59,971 bases of DNA from positions 1 to 59,971 of the IMG/VR virus record IMGVR_UViG_3300025769_000114. One strand, written 5' to 3'. Source of the stretch: a virus (Duplodnaviria > Caudoviricetes). Each line of letters begins with the position of its first letter. Within the stretch, counting starts at the first letter, position 1. The notes beneath the pieces were generated by a model. The model had not been told where the DNA came from. It ran no database searches and saw only the letters and a program-made list of their open reading frames with translations. A program made the position numbers and the translations under genes. Of the stretch, positions 1-7,990 are shown piece by piece.

Positions 1-127
1 CAATCACGACTAATGCGGATACTCATACCACTACTATTGCTGATGGTTCTACTGATCCCGGTAGGAGTCTTTTCCTTAAATACACTGGCACACTCGATTC
101 TGCTTGCACCATAACTATTGGCCCGAA
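1..127 (+). repeat. Exact direct repeat of 56299..56425 (genome circularisation overlap)
   Basis: 127 nt identical, then mostly synonymous divergence to about nt 287. Confidence 0.9.
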
Positions 128-2897
128 CACTGTTAGTAAGCTCTGGCTCATAGAGAATGCCACTTCTGGGTCACAGAACATCATCATTAAGCAAGGCTCT
201 GGCGCGACTGTCACAGTGCCCAACGGCCAGACCAAGGCTATCTACTCAGATGGTGCCGGATCAGGCGGCGCGATGGTTGATGCCTTTCAAGACCTGTCCA
301 TCCCAGATTTATTTGTAGATGATGACCTAACGGTAGGCGATGACCTAATTCTTTCCTCCGATGGCGCAATCTTGAAGTTTGGTGCTGACGCTGATACTAC
401 GCTGACTCACACTGATGGCTCTGGTCTGACGTTGAACTCTACGAACAAGATTATGTTCAATGATGCGAGTCAGTTTATCCAAGGATCGTCTGCAACGGTT
501 TTGTCGTTGGGTGCGACAGATGAGATTGACCTGACTGCTACTGCTATCGATGTGAATGGCACGATGGACGTAAGCGGTGCAATCACTTCTTCGGCTGGGG
601 CAACCATAACTGTTGCTGATAATAGTGCTGCTTTAACTCTTATTAGCACAGATGCAGATGCCGATGTCGGGCCAGTGTTCATATTGAAAAGAAACTCTGC
701 TAGTGCAGCAGATAATGATTTTCTTGGAAGGCAGCAGTTCGTTGGAAAAAATGATGCGGATGAAGAGTTTGTACTCACAGATATTTTAACAAGAATCACA
801 GATGCGTCTGATGGAACTGAGGATGCCAGATTTGATCTTAATACGATGGTTGCTGGTACGAGCAGAAACAGAATTACTGTTTCAGCGACAGAAACAATAA
901 TGAATGAAGGATCAGTAGACCTAGACTTCAGAGTGGAGTCAGACAACAACGCTAATATGTTTCTGGTTGACGCTGGGAATGACCGTATTCAGATTGCAAA
1001 TCTTTTACTGGGTGAGATTAGTTCTAATGTAGACATCATTCAATCAACGAGCAGTTCGGGTTTATTGGTAGACGTAACGGGCGACATTACTTTTGATGCA
1101 GATGGGGGTGATTTCAACTTCAAAGATGGCGGTACTACTCTGCTTAGTTTGAGTAACGCTGGCAGCAACAACGTACAGTTTTTAACAGGAATCAGTGATG
1201 GTGACCTTTTATTCAAGGGTGTAGATGGCGGCTCAGTAATCACAGCCCTGACCCTTGATATGTCAGAGGCAGGTATCGCCACATTCAACTCAGGCATCAA
1301 CATAGGAAACAGAGGTTCTGCTTCTGATCCCACGCTACAATCTGCAATAGACCCAGATACTGGTGTATTTTGGGGTGGTAGCAACATTCTTGGTTTTTCA
1401 AGCGGTGGCGCTGAACGACTGCGTGTAAGCAGTGAGGTAGTAGTTAACGAACCAAGTAATGACGTTGACTTCCGCGTTGAGTCTAATGCAGACGCAAACG
1501 CATTCTTCGTTAACGGCGGTGATGGAGTAGTTTCTTTTGGTGGTATGGGTGCTAACACCCGAAGCCCATCATCCGTAGAGCCTAAATTCCAAGCGAACTC
1601 ACTCACTCGCATGGACTCTTCAATATCTCTGTGCTGTAACTCAAATGACGCTCTTGCTTCTTTGCTCATGTTTAGCAAAACGCGATCAGCTAACCGTACT
1701 GGAGCAACTATTTGTCAAGCTGGCGATGCCGTAGGTGCAATTACATGGAACGCCGCTGATGGCAATGACATAGATCATGGTATTGCTGCGATTGATGCGG
1801 TGGTTGAGTCAGGCATTGGCGCTAACGATACTCCCGGTGCGATTCGTTTTTACACCAACAGCGGCACCACTGCTGCTACTGAACGATGGCGCATGACAGG
1901 GACCGGGGTGCTAGTTGGGGGTGGACAAACTCCAGCAGGACTAGCTGGCGACCCTGCTGATGCTAACTTTGCAGAAATTGGGCCGGGATACCTGAATCTA
2001 GCTAGGGACGATACTGCCGCCGCTGCACAGATATTGTTTGCAAAAAATGGCACCGCTGTTTCGTCAATTCAAACAAGCACTAACGGACTTATTCTTCAAG
2101 TGACGGATGGTCAAGGATCTGTTGTTGCGAATGATGCGGGTAATGCAAATACTGACTTCCGCATTGAGTCAAGTGGGTTTGCCAATCAATTTTACGTTGA
2201 TGCTGGAAATAACACCGTAGGGATTGGTCGTATAGCTAGTTCTGCCGTAGTTGATGTTGAATCAGCATCAAGTGGAACTCTCACTGCTTTGAGAATCAGA
2301 AACAGGGGTCAAGTAGCAGGATCAGCAGTCAAACAAGTGTTTTCTCTGAATAGGGACGCTAGTGATGTTGATTTTGAGGCAGGATCTATAAGTGTTCACA
2401 AAACACAAAATTGGACTGCAACATCGTCAACCATTGATTCCTACATGGTGTTTAACATCATGGAAAACGAAGTGTCACGCGAGGCTTTGAGGCTGACACA
2501 AGATAGGCAAGTTGTTATGCCCGGTGTCGCGGACGATACCACCTCAGATGCCGCCAATATAAACATCCGAGCTTCTGATGGTCTAGTGCGGCGTAGCACC
2601 TCAAGTCGCCGTTACAAAAACACAATCACCGACGCAACGCATGGTCTGACTGAACTACTTAATTTGCGGCCAGTAACGTACAAGGGCAATAACGATGGTG
2701 ACCGTTTATTTGGCGGTTTAATCGCAGAAGAAGTACATGAAGCCGGTTTAACGGAGTTTGTTCAGTACAATAGTGATGATGAGCCAGACGCTTTGGCATA
2801 CGGACATATGGTTTCTTTGTGCATCAAAGCAATCCAAGAGCAACAAGAACAAATTGAAGAGCTGAAAGCTGAAATAGCGACATTAAAGGGAGAATAG
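3..2897 (+). CDS. Tail fibre protein, allele A (5'-truncated at window edge), C-terminal intramolecular chaperone (peptidase S74-like)
   Basis: Frame is open from nt 3. N-terminus matches the 56172 fibre. Repeated NE-x-S-x-D-x-DFRVES modules. C-terminal SSRRYKNTI...LRPVTY...GLIAEEV...coiled coil is typical of S74 chaperones. Confidence 0.9.
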   Translation: MTTNADTHTTTIADGSTDPGRSLFLKYTGTLDSACTITIGPNTVSKLWLIENATSGSQNIIIKQGSGATVTVPNGQTKAIYSDGAGSGGAMVDAFQDLSIPDLFVDDDLTVGDDLILSSDGAILKFGADADTTLTHTDGSGLTLNSTNKIMFNDASQFIQGSSATVLSLGATDEIDLTATAIDVNGTMDVSGAITSSAGATITVADNSAALTLISTDADADVGPVFILKRNSASAADNDFLGRQQFVGKNDADEEFVLTDILTRITDASDGTEDARFDLNTMVAGTSRNRITVSATETIMNEGSVDLDFRVESDNNANMFLVDAGNDRIQIANLLLGEISSNVDIIQSTSSSGLLVDVTGDITFDADGGDFNFKDGGTTLLSLSNAGSNNVQFLTGISDGDLLFKGVDGGSVITALTLDMSEAGIATFNSGINIGNRGSASDPTLQSAIDPDTGVFWGGSNILGFSSGGAERLRVSSEVVVNEPSNDVDFRVESNADANAFFVNGGDGVVSFGGMGANTRSPSSVEPKFQANSLTRMDSSISLCCNSNDALASLLMFSKTRSANRTGATICQAGDAVGAITWNAADGNDIDHGIAAIDAVVESGIGANDTPGAIRFYTNSGTTAATERWRMTGTGVLVGGGQTPAGLAGDPADANFAEIGPGYLNLARDDTAAAAQILFAKNGTAVSSIQTSTNGLILQVTDGQGSVVANDAGNANTDFRIESSGFANQFYVDAGNNTVGIGRIASSAVVDVESASSGTLTALRIRNRGQVAGSAVKQVFSLNRDASDVDFEAGSISVHKTQNWTATSSTIDSYMVFNIMENEVSREALRLTQDRQVVMPGVADDTTSDAANINIRASDGLVRRSTSSRRYKNTITDATHGLTELLNLRPVTYKGNNDGDRLFGGLIAEEVHEAGLTEFVQYNSDDEPDALAYGHMVSLCIKAIQEQQEQIEELKAEIATLKGE

Positions 2898-2898
2898 C

Positions 2899-3243
2899 AT
2901 GGCTATAAACACAACTTGGTCGGTTGGTAATTTGACCCGTGTAGACGCTGATGGTGGCGTCATTCAAGCAGTCTGGAGCCTAGTCGCAACAAGCGATGGC
3001 GAAGGTGGCGAAACTGCAACAGAAGGCGGTAAAAATCGTTTCACTTATGATGCGTCTGCTAGCGACTATATTGCTTATGACGATCTTACTGAAGCTGATG
3101 TGCTTGGCTGGATCTGGGAAGCCAACAAAGAAGGCGACGAAACCGCTGAAGAGTACAAGGCTCGCATTGAAGCGGAGCGTACCGCAAAGGTTCAAGCGCA
3201 GATTGATCGTAAAGCAACTCAAGCAACTGGAGTACCGTGGTAA
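2899..3243 (+). CDS. Tail-fibre-associated small protein (allele of 59611..59955)
   Basis: YDDLTEADVLGWIW...GVPW motif typical of genes following fibres; GGAG SD. Confidence 0.75.
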   Translation: MAINTTWSVGNLTRVDADGGVIQAVWSLVATSDGEGGETATEGGKNRFTYDASASDYIAYDDLTEADVLGWIWEANKEGDETAEEYKARIEAERTAKVQAQIDRKATQATGVPW

Positions 3244-3488
3244 TGAGTGAAGAACAAAAAATTGTCATAAACGACGAAGAGTACAACTTTGGTGATCTCA
3301 AGGTTGAGACTCAGGCGCACATTGCTAGAGTCGCAGAGATCCGTCGTGAAATCGCTGCACTGCAACAGCAGGTCGCAGAGCGTAACGTGTTACTGCAAGC
3401 CTATACCCAAAGCATCGCCGAAAGTGTTCAGACAGTAGAAGAGCCTGAGACTTCACAAGGTCTACCCGAAGGCTTCAAGGAACACTAA
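3243..3488 (+). CDS. Hypothetical coiled-coil protein
   Basis: TAATG coupling at both ends; KIVINDEEY N-terminus followed by heptads. Confidence 0.7.
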   Translation: MSEEQKIVINDEEYNFGDLKVETQAHIARVAEIRREIAALQQQVAERNVLLQAYTQSIAESVQTVEEPETSQGLPEGFKEH

Positions 3489-3649
3489 TGAGTTTGTTTG
3501 AAATCGTGACTACCCTAACCACATTGTCAGTCGTTGCGTCTGCTGTGTGCGCCGTTACGCCAACCCCAAAAGATGACGCATTTTTAGCAACCTATGTGTA
3601 TCCAGTGATTGAAGCTCTGGCACTTAATGTTGGTAAAGCTAAAGAATAA
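3488..3649 (+). CDS. Small membrane protein, holin-like (53 aa, absent from ORF track)
   Basis: MSLFEIVTTLTTLSVVASAVCAVTPTPKDDAFL...LALNVGKAKE; TAATG overlap; hydrophobic helix plus TPTPKDD. Confidence 0.65.
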   Translation: MSLFEIVTTLTTLSVVASAVCAVTPTPKDDAFLATYVYPVIEALALNVGKAKE

Positions 3650-3651
3650 CT

Positions 3652-3894
3652 ATGTGCTATCTAGCGATGGCAGAGGAATGGGGCTTGGACAACGGTGATA
3701 AGGCATTGAATCAGATCTCTACTCACGAGCAAGTGTGTGAGCAGCGTTACCTGCGTATTGAAGAACGTCTTGCCAGTGGGTCTAAACGGTTTGATGAGCT
3801 TGAAGCAAAGATGGACACTGTATCCAACAGATTATGGTGGATCATCGGTTTAATTGTAGTGAGCATTTTAGTGCCACAGTTTTTAGGAGGTTGA
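3652..3894 (+). CDS. Coiled coil plus C-terminal TM protein (XhlA-like lysis accessory)
   Basis: HEQVCEQRY...coiled coil...LWWIIGLIVVSILV. Confidence 0.6.
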   Translation: MCYLAMAEEWGLDNGDKALNQISTHEQVCEQRYLRIEERLASGSKRFDELEAKMDTVSNRLWWIIGLIVVSILVPQFLGG

Positions 3895-3895
3895 T

Positions 3896-4201
3896 ATGTC
3901 AGAGGAAGGAATCCGAGTCCCAACATGGGCGCTGCCAGCATTTTTAGCTGTACTTTCGGGTGCCGTTGTATGGGGTGCTAGTCAAGCACAAGCACAGGCT
4001 ACACAAGAAGAAGTAGACCGTATTGAAGCTGCTGTCGTGAGTGTTGTTGAAGAGGCCCAAGCCACGGGAAAACTCGCAGCAGTCAATGCGACAAAGATCG
4101 AGGCTATCGTAGATTCATTGGCGGAACAAGCCGAGACAGCGAAAGCGTCAGATCAGAAGCTCCAGCAACTGATCGAAATAATGTTGAAGAATCAGAATTA
4201 G
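3896..4201 (+). CDS. Membrane-anchored coiled-coil protein (lysis module)
   Basis: AGGAGG SD, N-terminal TM helix, heptad repeats. Confidence 0.7.
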   Translation: MSEEGIRVPTWALPAFLAVLSGAVVWGASQAQAQATQEEVDRIEAAVVSVVEEAQATGKLAAVNATKIEAIVDSLAEQAETAKASDQKLQQLIEIMLKNQN

Positions 4202-4251
4202 AGTACGACCCCGCCAACCCGAATCTGTTTTGCGATTTACGGGAGTGGCGA

Positions 4252-4476
4252 ATGTTAGAGCTAGTCGATCCTCCTGCATACCGTCATTGCCTTGCGCTGG
4301 CATGGTTACGATACAACCACCGCCAGTGTGGATATGGCGCTCAGATCTATATACAGAACACGATGCCGCGTGTTTTAGGCACAGCTCATCAGCTTGATGT
4401 AGAACTTCTTACTTGGGAACTTGTTAAGCCAAAAGCTGTGCGTGCTCAGGCTGTACAGAAAAAGCGGAGGCTGTGA
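4252..4476 (+). CDS. Hypothetical; possibly the -1 frameshift extension of the 3896 ORF
   Basis: Frame is open from 4051; see findings. Confidence 0.45.
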   Translation: MLELVDPPAYRHCLALAWLRYNHRQCGYGAQIYIQNTMPRVLGTAHQLDVELLTWELVKPKAVRAQAVQKKRRL

Positions 4477-4703
4477 TGGATGTCCCGCCAGTATTTCCGA
4501 ACAGCGTCAACGCACCATCAGAGGTGGTGGTCAAGGACAAGATACACAGGCTGCTGCGTTTAGATCAGATTAGCCGTACTCGCACTAATAAAGTAGAAGC
4601 GTTAACACAATACAGCGAGACGTATTACTACTATAAAAACGGTCAAGTTCTTTCCACCATTGTAAAGGTTCAAGACCAGTTTCAACTGGACATACGCGCA
4701 TGA
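4473..4703 (+). CDS. Hypothetical protein
   Basis: GGAGG SD; coupled to both neighbours. Confidence 0.6.
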   Translation: MMDVPPVFPNSVNAPSEVVVKDKIHRLLRLDQISRTRTNKVEALTQYSETYYYYKNGQVLSTIVKVQDQFQLDIRA

Positions 4704-4951
4704 CGATGATGATTTTTGTTTTGATTGTTCTTGAGCGTGGGCAACCCACGGGTGAGGAGTTGTACTTCCGAGAATTAACGTCGTGTTTGGAGTATTCCAA
4801 GGCGCTTAACGCGCAGTCTGTTGGTGCTATTAACGAGTTACTGAGTAACAACAGCTACTTCAAAACTTACTGCCGTGTGCGGGAGATACCTACCTCAGAA
4901 GCAGGCACCAAGATACTTTTCCGTGATCCGGCTAGAAAGGATGAAGGTTGA
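4700..4951 (+). CDS. Hypothetical secreted/membrane protein with two Cys
   Basis: ATGA overlap; hydrophobic N-terminus. Confidence 0.6.
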   Translation: MTMMIFVLIVLERGQPTGEELYFRELTSCLEYSKALNAQSVGAINELLSNNSYFKTYCRVREIPTSEAGTKILFRDPARKDEG

Positions 4952-5274
4952 TGAGTCCGAAGAAATTAGAGCCTAAATCGCGGTATGCTCAGTACGACCT
5001 AGATGGAGACGGGGTCGTGAGCGATGAAGAATTGGCACGAAATCAAGAGCTTGTTGAGATTGAACTGCGTGAAGAAAAAGCAGACAGTCAACGAAGAATG
5101 GCTTGGGTTAGTCTTAGTAGTATGGTGGTTTTCGCTTTACTACCACTTCTGCCCTTCATACCTGAGTCTCGCTTGTCCACTTTGGCGTCTTTGAGCGATA
5201 TGTTGTTTCTCAGTCAGGCATCTATTGTGGGGCTATACTTTGGTGCTACAGCGTACATGGCAAAAGGGCGATGA
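4951..5274 (+). CDS. Two-TM holin-like protein with EF-hand-like loop
   Basis: DLDGDGVVSDEE loop, then RRMAW and two hydrophobic helices. Confidence 0.65.
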   Translation: MSPKKLEPKSRYAQYDLDGDGVVSDEELARNQELVEIELREEKADSQRRMAWVSLSSMVVFALLPLLPFIPESRLSTLASLSDMLFLSQASIVGLYFGATAYMAKGR

Positions 5275-5402
5275 GCGATGAAAGGCGAGTTACATTGCGC
5301 TGTGCTGGTTGCAAAAAGCCGGGAGCAGTGATGGATTTTGTACACCTAAAAGTAAAACTACTTTGCGGCAAGTGTTTTGCCCGATATAGCGGGTGGGCGT
5401 AA
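5271..5402 (+). CDS. 43-aa zinc-ribbon peptide (absent from ORF track)
   Basis: CAGC...CGKC; ATGA overlap upstream and TAATG overlap downstream. Confidence 0.5.
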   Translation: MSDERRVTLRCAGCKKPGAVMDFVHLKVKLLCGKCFARYSGWA

Positions 5403-5785
5403 TGGGGATACTCGGATCACTCATAGGCCCAGCAACTCAGCTACTAGATAAGGTAATTGAAGACAAAGACGAAAAGAATCGTATTGCCTTTGAGTTGAGT
5501 ACCCTTGCAGAGCGTCATGCCCAAGAGCTTGCCAAAGGCCAGCTAGAAGTAAACAAGGTAGAGGCTGCCTCCAAGTCTTTGTTTGTGGCTGGGTGGCGAC
5601 CTTGTATCGGGTGGGTGTGCGCGTTGGGGCTTTTTTACAACACGATCCTTTCAAACATACTGGGCATCTGGGTAGAGGTGCCAGAGATAGACACCACGCT
5701 ACTTGTACCCGTTATGATGGGAATGTTGGGCTTAGGCGCGATGAGATCATACGAAAAGGTACAGGGCGTAAGCCGGGAGAGGTAA
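5402..5785 (+). CDS. Holin (3TM, GTA-type family)
   Basis: LDKVIEDKD...QLEVNKVEAA...FVAGWRP-x-IGW...GMLGLGAMRSYEK signature. Confidence 0.85.
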   Translation: MGILGSLIGPATQLLDKVIEDKDEKNRIAFELSTLAERHAQELAKGQLEVNKVEAASKSLFVAGWRPCIGWVCALGLFYNTILSNILGIWVEVPEIDTTLLVPVMMGMLGLGAMRSYEKVQGVSRER

Positions 5786-6207
5786 TGGGTATCCAGTTAA
5801 TAGGAATGTTGAAGCGCCATGAAGGTGTGCGTAGTCATGCATATAAGTGTTCAGAAAATATGATCACTGTAGGCGTTGGGCGCAACATAGACGAAAACGG
5901 TGGGCTTGGACTTTCTGATGATGAAATTGAGTATTTACTAGCCAATGACATAAGGCGTGTGCGTGATGAACTTGAGGACACTTACTTTTGGTTTGCTGCT
6001 CTTAACGAGGCACGAAAAGACGCGATGATTGATATTTGCTTTAATCTTGGTCTTACGCGACTGCGTGGTTTTGTGAAGGCTTTAGAGGCGATGTCCCGTG
6101 AGCAGTTTGACATAGCGGCTGATGAGTTCATGGATTCTAAGTGGAGTGAGCAGGTTGGTAGCAGGGCGGTAGAAGTTACTGAAATGATTAGAACTGGAGA
6201 GTATTAG
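5785..6207 (+). CDS. Endolysin, T4-like lysozyme (GH24)
   Basis: HEGVR...Y...TVGVGRN...FNLG...AADEFMDSKW; probable start is the TAATG-coupled ATG at 5785. Confidence 0.9.
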   Translation: MGIQLIGMLKRHEGVRSHAYKCSENMITVGVGRNIDENGGLGLSDDEIEYLLANDIRRVRDELEDTYFWFAALNEARKDAMIDICFNLGLTRLRGFVKALEAMSREQFDIAADEFMDSKWSEQVGSRAVEVTEMIRTGEY

Positions 6208-6209
6208 TA

Positions 6210-7988
6210 ATGGCATTGTTTAATACCACTTCTCAAGCGCCTCAACTTGGGTTTGCACCCTCTCCTACGCTTAGCGGATCGTTTACTCAAGCCCCTGTCC
6301 CTGTGGGGTACGGGCAAATGCAAGGTCAACCTACGCTATCTAGAAACCCTAACTATGGGGTTCCTTCTGGTATAGCAGCTTTACTGGGTGGCGCTAACCC
6401 TATGGGCGCCCCCCAACCAAGCGCAACATTGACCCCTCAGCAAGCGGTGGCGACGTTAACGCCGGGAAGAGCCGACCCAACATCCATGTCCCAGTTTGGG
6501 ACATCGTTTGGCCTTGGAGGCTCTAGCCCTGCAACCCCGCCGATGCCGGGAACAAATCCTTTTACTGGTCAGGCGTTTCAAACATTTGATCCAACAGAAG
6601 CCGCAAACATATTTACGCAAGGAAGGATTGCTGAAGAGCAAGCTGCTGCTCAGGCTTTTGCACAATCTGAAGCAGACAGGGTAGCGGCTGAACAAGCTGC
6701 CGCAGCACAAGCTGAGGCAGATAGAATAGCCGCAGAGCAAGCTGAAGCTGATCGTATTGCGGCAGAGCAAGCCGCCGCTGAAGCTGAAGCCGCAAGAACC
6801 CCTTATGATGACCCAGCATTAGAGCAGTTAAGGGCTGATGTCATAGCCCAAGGGCCAGAATCTTATGGCACCAAGCTTTACGAAGACCTTTTGAATGCGT
6901 TTGATACTTCAAACAGAACAGATCAAATTGTTGCTCAAAATAATGCAGCTTTAGAGCAGGCGCGAGCCGAGGCGGAGGCTTCTTCTTTAGCTCTTGCTGA
7001 AGCTCAAGCAGAGGCTGCTGCTGCAAAAGAGCAGTTGAGTGGTTTCTTTAATCCTCCCCAAGAAACAACGCCTGAGACAGAACCAGCAATACCTGCTATG
7101 TCGCCTGTTCCCGATGTTATGCCTCCTGCTGTAGCTCCCATACCCGCTATTGACTCACCAATAATGCAAATGGGCGCATTTAGCCCAGAAGCGAATATGG
7201 CAGGAATGTTTGACAGAGTTCTGCTACCGACAGAAATACCAGAGCCTGCTCCTTTACCAGAGCCGCCGTTAATTGAGAGGCCATCAGTCGTGCCATCTAG
7301 GCAGGACGTTATGAGGCCACCTCTACCGCCTCCACCGCCACCTCCTCCGGCTCCAGTTGCTCTTCCTCTTGAACCTGAGGCTGGACTTGGCGACAGGCTG
7401 CGTGGCATGGGCGGTATATTTGCTAATGCAGTTGCCCCCGGTGATGTAGGGTATGAGGACTTAGCATCAGCGGCTGCTCCAACAGGGGGAAGCCTTGCTA
7501 GTGTCGTACAAAGACCAGCGCCCACACCACGGCCAGTGCCGCTCGCGCCCCCGTTAAATCCAAACTCAAGGATTTCTGATATTGGCAAGCTTTTGGGTGG
7601 GGCTAGAGGTAGTGGCTCTTTGATGACCCAGCCTCAACCAACGCCAGCCGTACCCGTTGGTATAGACGCATTGCTTGGTGGCGGAAGAGGGGAGCCAGCA
7701 AATATCCCAATGCCAGCACCAATGCCAGCACCGTTGCCACCGCCTCCAGTGGTTGCTACGCCAGCTTTGAGGCAACCATTGCCGCTACCGCCTGTGACTA
7801 CTCCTGCGGAAGCAAGGGCGGCAGCAACGCCTAAACCTTTTGTAGCTCCTGATTTGTCAGCATTGCTTCCAGTAAAGCCGAGAACTCAAAAGGTCATTAA
7901 GCCTAAGAAAGGCAAGAAGAAAGTTCCTCAGCCTGATCAGAGATCTAGCAGGAAAAAACGCAGACGTAAGCAGAGAGGGCCGCGTTAA
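6210..7988 (+). CDS. Pro/Ala-rich low-complexity protein with basic C-tail
   Basis: 592-aa ORF filling the gap; AEADRIAAEQA repeats, poly-Pro, KKRRRKQRGPR end. Confidence 0.75.
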   Translation: MALFNTTSQAPQLGFAPSPTLSGSFTQAPVPVGYGQMQGQPTLSRNPNYGVPSGIAALLGGANPMGAPQPSATLTPQQAVATLTPGRADPTSMSQFGTSFGLGGSSPATPPMPGTNPFTGQAFQTFDPTEAANIFTQGRIAEEQAAAQAFAQSEADRVAAEQAAAAQAEADRIAAEQAEADRIAAEQAAAEAEAARTPYDDPALEQLRADVIAQGPESYGTKLYEDLLNAFDTSNRTDQIVAQNNAALEQARAEAEASSLALAEAQAEAAAAKEQLSGFFNPPQETTPETEPAIPAMSPVPDVMPPAVAPIPAIDSPIMQMGAFSPEANMAGMFDRVLLPTEIPEPAPLPEPPLIERPSVVPSRQDVMRPPLPPPPPPPPAPVALPLEPEAGLGDRLRGMGGIFANAVAPGDVGYEDLASAAAPTGGSLASVVQRPAPTPRPVPLAPPLNPNSRISDIGKLLGGARGSGSLMTQPQPTPAVPVGIDALLGGGRGEPANIPMPAPMPAPLPPPPVVATPALRQPLPLPPVTTPAEARAAATPKPFVAPDLSALLPVKPRTQKVIKPKKGKKKVPQPDQRSSRKKRRRKQRGPR

Positions 7989-7990
7989 AC

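Noticed and set aside
470-1678. Long antisense ORFs in the fibre (and similar ones at 7004, 24230, 36180, 57827)
   Set aside because: Typical antisense shadows of codon-biased genes, with no SD or recognisable motifs.
216-2897. ORF-track start at 216
   Set aside because: The frame is open from nt 3 and aligns with the N-terminus of the 56172 gene, so the gene is truncated by the window edge.
1-3259. Diversity-generating retroelement or invertible cassette explaining the two fibres
   Set aside because: No reverse transcriptase or invertase was recognised, both copies are in the same orientation, and the differences are not adenine-specific.
5593-5784. N-terminal extension of the lysozyme
   Set aside because: It overlaps the holin; the TAATG-coupled ATG at 5785 gives a normal GH24 length.
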